From Podarcis vaucheri (Eukaryota): 64,000 bases of DNA. Position numbers and translations under genes: made by a program. The notes beneath the pieces are model-generated. The model was not told the DNA's origin. It saw only the letters and a program-made list of their open reading frames with translations, and searched no databases. Positions 60,001-64,000 of this stretch are shown piece after piece; positions within the stretch are counted from its first letter, which is position 1; every line of letters starts with the position of its first letter. The stretch lies in assembly GCA_965113315.1 (NCBI GenBank), contig OZ220368.1; one strand, written 5' to 3'.

Positions 60001-60126
60001 TTTGGGGAAAAACAAAACCTTTTTCTTTTTTTTCCTAGATGCGTGAAGCAAGAAATGGAAAACGACCCTCTCCTCAAACCGGCTAGCTCAAACACTTTGG
60101 GACAAACACTGGACACCACTGCCTAA
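35848..60126 (+). CDS. STAU1: Double-stranded RNA-binding protein Staufen homolog 1, about 693 aa, five dsRBDs, 14 coding exons
   Basis: join(35848..36052,37551..37675,38866..39022,43443..43581,46465..46630,49960..50058,51139..51351,52249..52392,54225..54371,55350..55422,56352..56668,57594..57716,58938..59023,60039..60126) = 2082 nt, open to TAA. STAU1-specific [13 protein letters not shown]-terminus, dsRBD2-5, RKVTF, SSM; adjacent to CSE1L. Confidence 0.97.
37551..37675 (+). CDS. STAU1: STAU1 dsRBD1 exon a: [42 protein letters not shown]
   Basis: ttcAG / GTAAAC; dsRBD signature; missed by ORF track. Confidence 0.93.
38487..38738. mobile_element. hAT-Charlie MITE, 252 bp
   Basis: Perfect TSD CTTTAGAG; termini CAGGCATGTCCAAC / TTGGCCACCCCTG; repeated GGTAGATCACTG and AAGCTCAGCAACTTTG. 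Confidence 0.85.
38866..39022 (+). CDS. STAU1: STAU1 dsRBD1 exon b: [34 protein letters not shown]...EGKNP
   Basis: cttAG / GTACAT; G-x-S-x-K-K-A motif. Confidence 0.93.
43443..43581 (+). CDS. STAU1: STAU1 dsRBD2 first half: [24 protein letters not shown]...GGAYPPR
   Basis: tttAG / GTATGT. Confidence 0.95.
44867..45079. mobile_element. Tigger-like MITE, 213 bp
   Basis: TA|CAGTCATACCTCGG ... CCAAGTGTCCACTG|TA; internal inverted AACCCGGAAGTA / TACTTCCGGGTT. Confidence 0.85.
45545..45895 (-). mobile_element. L2 LINE 3' fragment
   Basis: Minus frame [14 protein letters not shown] (L2 ORF2 C-terminus) plus AT-rich tail. Confidence 0.7.
46465..46630 (+). CDS. STAU1: STAU1 dsRBD2 second half: [23 protein letters not shown]...EPLPEKPE
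   Basis: ttcAG / GTAGTG. Confidence 0.95.
49960..50058 (+). CDS. STAU1: STAU1 exon: [33 protein letters not shown] (dsRBD3 start)
   Basis: cttAG / GTAGGT. Confidence 0.95.
51139..51351 (+). CDS. STAU1: STAU1 dsRBD3 exon: [17 protein letters not shown]...KTKSIVK (alternative acceptor at 51121)
   Basis: aacAG / GTGAGA. Confidence 0.95.
52249..52392 (+). CDS. STAU1: STAU1 dsRBD4 exon: [22 protein letters not shown]...RRREFVMQ (alternative acceptor at 52255)
   Basis: ctaAG / GTTTGT. Confidence 0.93.
54225..54371 (+). CDS. STAU1: STAU1 exon: [27 protein letters not shown]...KTEEK
   Basis: tctAG / GTAAGA. Confidence 0.95.
54510..54592. mobile_element. 83-bp deletion derivative of the 38487 hAT MITE family
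   Basis: CAGGCATGTCCAA ... TTGGACGTGTCTG; TSD ATTTAGAC / ATTTAGGC. Confidence 0.8.
54766..54901. mobile_element. URR1-like palindromic hAT-Charlie MITE, 136 bp
   Basis: 53-bp TIRs (first 41 perfect); TSD GTCTAAAC / GTCTAAAA. Confidence 0.92.
55350..55422 (+). CDS. STAU1: STAU1 exon: [24 protein letters not shown] (RVxF PP1-docking motif)
   Basis: gctAG / GTAAGT. Confidence 0.93.
55600..55760. mobile_element. hAT-Ac-like MITE end fragment
   Basis: TAGGGCTTGGCGATAT terminus with repeated CGAT/ATCG-like subterminal motifs. Confidence 0.45.
56352..56668 (+). CDS. STAU1: STAU1 exon: [16 protein letters not shown]...SSM...[11 protein letters not shown]
   Basis: actAG / GTAAAT; lies within ORF 56288..56692. 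Confidence 0.95.
57594..57716 (+). CDS. STAU1: STAU1 dsRBD5 exon: [41 protein letters not shown]
   Basis: cttAG / GTAAGA. Confidence 0.95.
58209..58524 (+). mobile_element. Tigger-like MITE family A, copy 4 (316 bp)
   Basis: Same TIRs and TA TSD. Confidence 0.93.
58938..59023 (+). CDS. STAU1: STAU1 exon: [29 protein letters not shown]
   Basis: tccAG / GTGAGT. Confidence 0.95.
59375..59811 (-). mobile_element. L2 LINE 3' fragment
   Basis: Minus [23 protein letters not shown]; AT-rich tail. Confidence 0.8.
60039..60126 (+). CDS. STAU1: STAU1 last coding exon: [28 protein letters not shown]
   Basis: Long poly-Y tract and cctAG; phase 2 fits; TAA at 60124-60126. Confidence 0.85.
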
Positions 60127-61026
60127 AAAAGGCTTGACTGGACCCAAACCTTGAAAGCACCAGAGAAAATCAAATGCTTCCTAATTAATGTAACCTAACT
60201 GTTTTAGAGCGCTACAGTTGTCCCAATCCACTGTAGTATCTAAATCATAACCGTTGCTTTTCAAACAGTGATAAAATTTTTAGTTTCATTACATTGTTTT
60301 GAATGACACTATAAATTTTTCATTTAAAAAGAAGAGAAAAGTTTCTTAATTGTACCTAGAAATATAGCACAGTTTAGAAACTTTTGTTGTCTGATAACAC
60401 TTACCTATGAACTAACTTGGGAAGATCATATCCATGTATATGTTTGGTCTTTTGTTTTTAATGAAATTGTAAAAAAAATTCACTGGAAACAACTGTGTGC
60501 CTGCCATTTGATTGAAAACAAAGTCGGCTAGGCAAGTCTAGCCTAATTATTGAACGGTTGAATAAATTACACATTTTAGGAATTTTAAAACTTCATTTGA
60601 TCATTTTGATTTCTAGAATATTGGGGGGGGGGACTTGAATGCCGCAGAAGTTTAAATGGTCTCTAATCTTTGTTTTTTAAAAGAATTGTGTGTGTGTGTC
60701 TATATATAAAGGCACACAAACTCAGTACAGTACAGGATATGATCTCAATGTAGTGCATATAAAACTGCAGATTGATTTTCCTTGAGTGCTTTATACTGTT
60801 TAATTACATCTCCATGTAGGGCTGAAAAAAATTACCTATGTTTATATATAAACTGTGTTGCTTTTGATGTTGTGTTTATTGCACACAGTGGTGTGTGCAA
60901 TAAAGTTTTTGCATATGGTCCAGGTAAAGCACGATAGCCTTGCAAGTTAAGTACTGCTTCAGTTCATTGTTTACGCTGGAATTTTTTCTCCCCATGGAAT
61001 GTAAGTAAAACTTAGTGTTTGTCACC

Positions 61027-61032
61027 AATAAA
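61027..61032 (+). terminator. STAU1: STAU1 distal polyadenylation signal
   Basis: AATAAA followed by GT/T-rich element (gtggtgggtttctttgtt); a proximal AATAAA lies at 60899-60904. Confidence 0.75.
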
Positions 61033-61128
61033 TGGTAAATACTAAAGTGGTGGGTTTCTTTGTTCCCTGTGAGATATATATATATATATATTTGTTTCCT
61101 GTGCTAATATGAGCAAAGATGAAGGGCT

Positions 61129-61266
61129 AAACCTATAAAAGTTGGTCAGAAATCTCTCGACACAAATTGACCAAAACCTATAAAAGTTGGTCAGAAATCT
61201 CTCGACACAAATTGACCAAAACCTATAAAAGTTAGTCAGAAATCTCTCGACACAAATTGACCAAAA
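61129..61266. repeat. 45-bp tandem repeat x3
   Basis: Unit AAACCTATAAAAGTTGGTCAGAAATCTCTCGACACAAATTGACCA; one substitution in copy 3. Confidence 0.95.
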
Positions 61267-61322
61267 ACTGAGGATATTCAGAATTATACTTTATATGGCA
61301 GTTTCTCTTAGTGCTCAACATA

Positions 61323-61661
61323 CAGTGGTGCCTCGCAAGACGAAATTAATCCGTTCCGCGAGTCTCTTCGTCTAGCGGTTTTTTGGTCTTGCGTAGCAAC
61401 CCTATGAGCGGTTTAGCGGTTTAGCGGCTATTAAAGGCTTAGCGGCTATTAAAGGCTTAGCGGATTAGCGGCTAAAAGGCTATTAGCGGCTTAGAAAAGG
61501 GGGGGGGAGCGAAAAAAAAATCGGAACACTTGCAAGACGTTTTCGTCTTGCAAAGCAAGCCCATAGGGAAAATCGTCTTGCGAAGCAGCTCAAGAACGGA
61601 AAACCCTTTCGTCTAGCGGGTTTTCCGTCTTGCGAGGCATTCGTCTTGCAGGGCACCACTG
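61323..61661 (+). mobile_element. Tigger-like MITE family A, copy 5 (339 bp)
   Basis: Same TIRs and TA TSD. Confidence 0.93.
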
Positions 61662-62623
61662 TACTTTACATACGTGTTCAGGAATCATTCCAACAATCCT
61701 GTAAGGTAGACCAGGGGTTATTCTCCGTATATAAAGGATTGGGAGGGTGTGTGTTAAGCTCATCTATGGTATTAATCGTTACATTATTGCACTTGTGTCT
61801 TATAACAAGTATGACCTTCCCTGTCCACTGACTCCAGAATTTGCATGGAACTGTCTTAATGATTTTATTTCATAAGATTTATGTAACACTTGATTTAAAA
61901 ACAAAAAAAAGAACCCAAATCTCAAAGCAGTTGTAACCACTGCTAACCCTAACCCTAACCCTTCTTGCATAACATTATTTGTATTTTTCACTGTTTCTTC
62001 AGCTAAGGTTTAGCTTCCAATTAATGCCGGGAATCCATCTTTTTGTAGCCTGACGCTGATTCACTAAGGCTAAGTTGAGTGCTCCTAATTCTAAGTTCCT
62101 TCAGCGTATTTTCAGGGTATATTCAATCAAAAGTTAGGCTTATTTTTTCCATAGCTATGGGCATTTCCCTTTATCTGCAGGGTGTGCCTGAGTTGAGTGA
62201 TGTACAGATAGTATCTTTATATACCCGATTCTACTGAATCTCCTTTTACCTTAATGGGGCCTATACAAAATGCACTGAAATGAGTAGGGAAGGCAGCAGC
62301 ATTTGATAGGTTGAATCATCTCAAGGCTATTACAGAATGGCTTTTTGGATACTATTTTTGTTGTTTATGCCATTTCCCCAGAATCTTAATGGTCTTATAC
62401 TTGGCAAAAGTGAATTTTTACATTAGTTTAGATAACTTGGGTGTGCTATTTTCTTTTAATGTACTTTGTTCACACAATCCACTTCTTCTGTACAGGTGTG
62501 GGTAGGGGGGAAGATAACCTTAATGGCTACATAAGAATACTCTTACTGTTCTTGTATAGTTGGTGTATAACCTGGCCAAGTTGTAAATAATAATCTGAGT
62601 TTGTATCACTTCAGTTTCCATAC

Positions 62624-63045
62624 TGTAATGTGTATGGGTTGCTCGTGCGTAAGTTGCTGCCTCTCCAGGCTTTGTTGCCTTTCAGTCTGGGCAGCCCTTC
62701 ACTTCGTGGCTGCCTCAGTCGCTAGCAGAATCCGTCAGTGGGCGTTTCTTAAATCTTTTCCAACATAAAAGTTGTTTGACACCCAGTCTCCTCCTACTCT
62801 CTCTGAGCGGAAGTCTTCTGCGCAGGGTGGGCGTGGGTAGTGGAGGACCCGTGCTCTCCCCGCTGGTGTCCAGTGAAGAGTCCTGGAGCCCTCTCACCGA
62901 TTCCCCCATCAGCCCCTCTATATCCCTGGTGTTGCGCTGATTTGCTTCCCCATCTGCGGAGCTGCCTCTCTCCCTGCTGGGCCCTACTCCAGCATCATCT
63001 GAGAGCCTTCCCTCCGCCTCTAGCTCTGATGTCAGTTCCCTGACA
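62624..63045 (-). mobile_element. Solo LTR (422 bp), probably Gypsy-type
   Basis: TG...CA termini (TGTAA / TGACA); 5-bp TSD CATAC (62619-62623 / 63046-63050); GC-rich relative to flanks. Confidence 0.8.
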
Positions 63046-63409
63046 CATACACATAACTGGTTTTCTGACACTTTCCACAGAGCAGCAAAACATCCCTGAT
63101 GCCTCCCATTATTAATGTTTTCCTTACATGTGACCTTTTTAAAAAAAATGTTCAATTAAGCTCCAGTGTTACACTGCAAGCTTTGTAACTCTCTGACCAT
63201 CTGTGTGCATGTGATCTGCATCATATCTTTTGACTGGCCAATACCAAGAGATACCAAATATCTCTTGACTGGCCGATGTCTTGGGACATGTTTCTATCCT
63301 ACATCAGGGGAGTGGGACCTGTTAACACTCCAGATATTGTAGGACTCAACAGCCCCAGCTCACTTGCGAATGATCAGCTTGCTTCATGTCAATTTTTCTC
63401 CAGTGTCAG

Positions 63410-63535
63410 GATAGAGTTGGAAGGGACCACAAGAGTCACCTAGTGGTGCAGTGCAGGAATCTTGCCCAATGTGGGCCACGAACGTATGACCCTAAGATTA
63501 AGAGTCTCGTGCTCTACCAGTTGAGCTATCAGAGC
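63410..63535 (-). mobile_element. tRNA-Lys(CTT)-derived SINE with CR1-like 3' tail
   Basis: Minus strand gatagctcaactggtagagcacgagactCTTaatcttagggtc...cacattgggc, then ggtcccttccaactctat; acceptor and T stems broken. Confidence 0.8.
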
Positions 63536-64000
63536 AATTACATGTCTTGAATGGGGTTGGTTGTGTTGGAACACAAGATGAAGGGGAATGCATTGTGGGA
63601 AGTTGGAAGAACAGATAAACAAGGTGGAAAACACATAACTGTTTTATTTACATAGGCTTAGTTTCTTGAGGAAGGACAATAAGATCCCACAAACATGTTC
63701 TGCCCGACTTGCTAGGAATGTGTAGCTGTTGTTAGAAATCCCCGTCTTCCGCATTCAATTCTACTTCCTAAAATAGTTGGCTGTATCTCTATTCCTTTCC
63801 ATTCTCCTGTATAAAACGAACAGCTGGAAAATAGGTGACCCAAAAGTGTTATCATGGGGATTAATACAATACACAGTAATGCATACTTCAGATCCATTGT
63901 TACAGGCTGCCTCCAAGGCCGGCATCATTCAACTCAGATTATATCTCTGCAGTGATAGGGAGCTGAAAATGAGGTTTATCAAGTCTGTTTCCTGAAGAAA

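Noticed and set aside
16583-61661. Recurring similar short ORFs ([16 protein letters not shown]..., ...RRKSFPF...) suggesting a small gene family or CRISPR-like array
   Set aside because: They are translations of the same non-autonomous MITE with TIRs and TA TSDs; no repeat-spacer structure; eukaryotic DNA.
63463-63535. Functional tRNA-Lys gene
   Set aside because: Acceptor and T stems are disrupted and a LINE-derived tail follows, so it is a SINE.

Overview
Vertebrate genomic DNA, not prokaryotic. The repeat content (Tigger-like and hAT MITEs, Squam3-like and tRNA-Lys/CR1 SINEs, L2, L1, Penelope) points to a squamate, probably a lacertid lizard. Two multi-exon genes lie on the + strand. The first is the 3' part of CSE1L (exportin-2/CAS): 17 coding exons, 1-15160, about 687 aa in the window. 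The second is the complete STAU1 (Staufen 1): CpG-island promoter at about 21.2-22.4 kb, non-coding exon 1, 14 coding exons at 35848-60126 (about 693 aa), and 3'UTR to about 61.05 kb. All exons were assembled by hand with GT-AG boundaries and consistent phases. Most ORFs in the supplied track are spurious or transposon fragments. Most notable: (1) an intronic Penelope-like inverted LTR pair with a 13-bp TSD forming an 81-bp hairpin with two hammerhead-ribozyme cores; (2) a perfect 13-bp hairpin burying the proximal AAUAAA in the STAU1 3'UTR; (3) an in-frame two-exon dsRBD1 cassette absent from mammalian STAU1; (4) the 'Stau1i' 18-nt alternative acceptor; (5) a dense RBFOX motif cluster behind an orphan 3' splice site; (6) a MITE family with a variable internal minisatellite; (7) a solo LTR carrying an open frame; (8) tandem CSE1L-STAU1 orientation, which I recall as convergent in human and mouse. 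Ortholog comparisons are from memory, not database searches.
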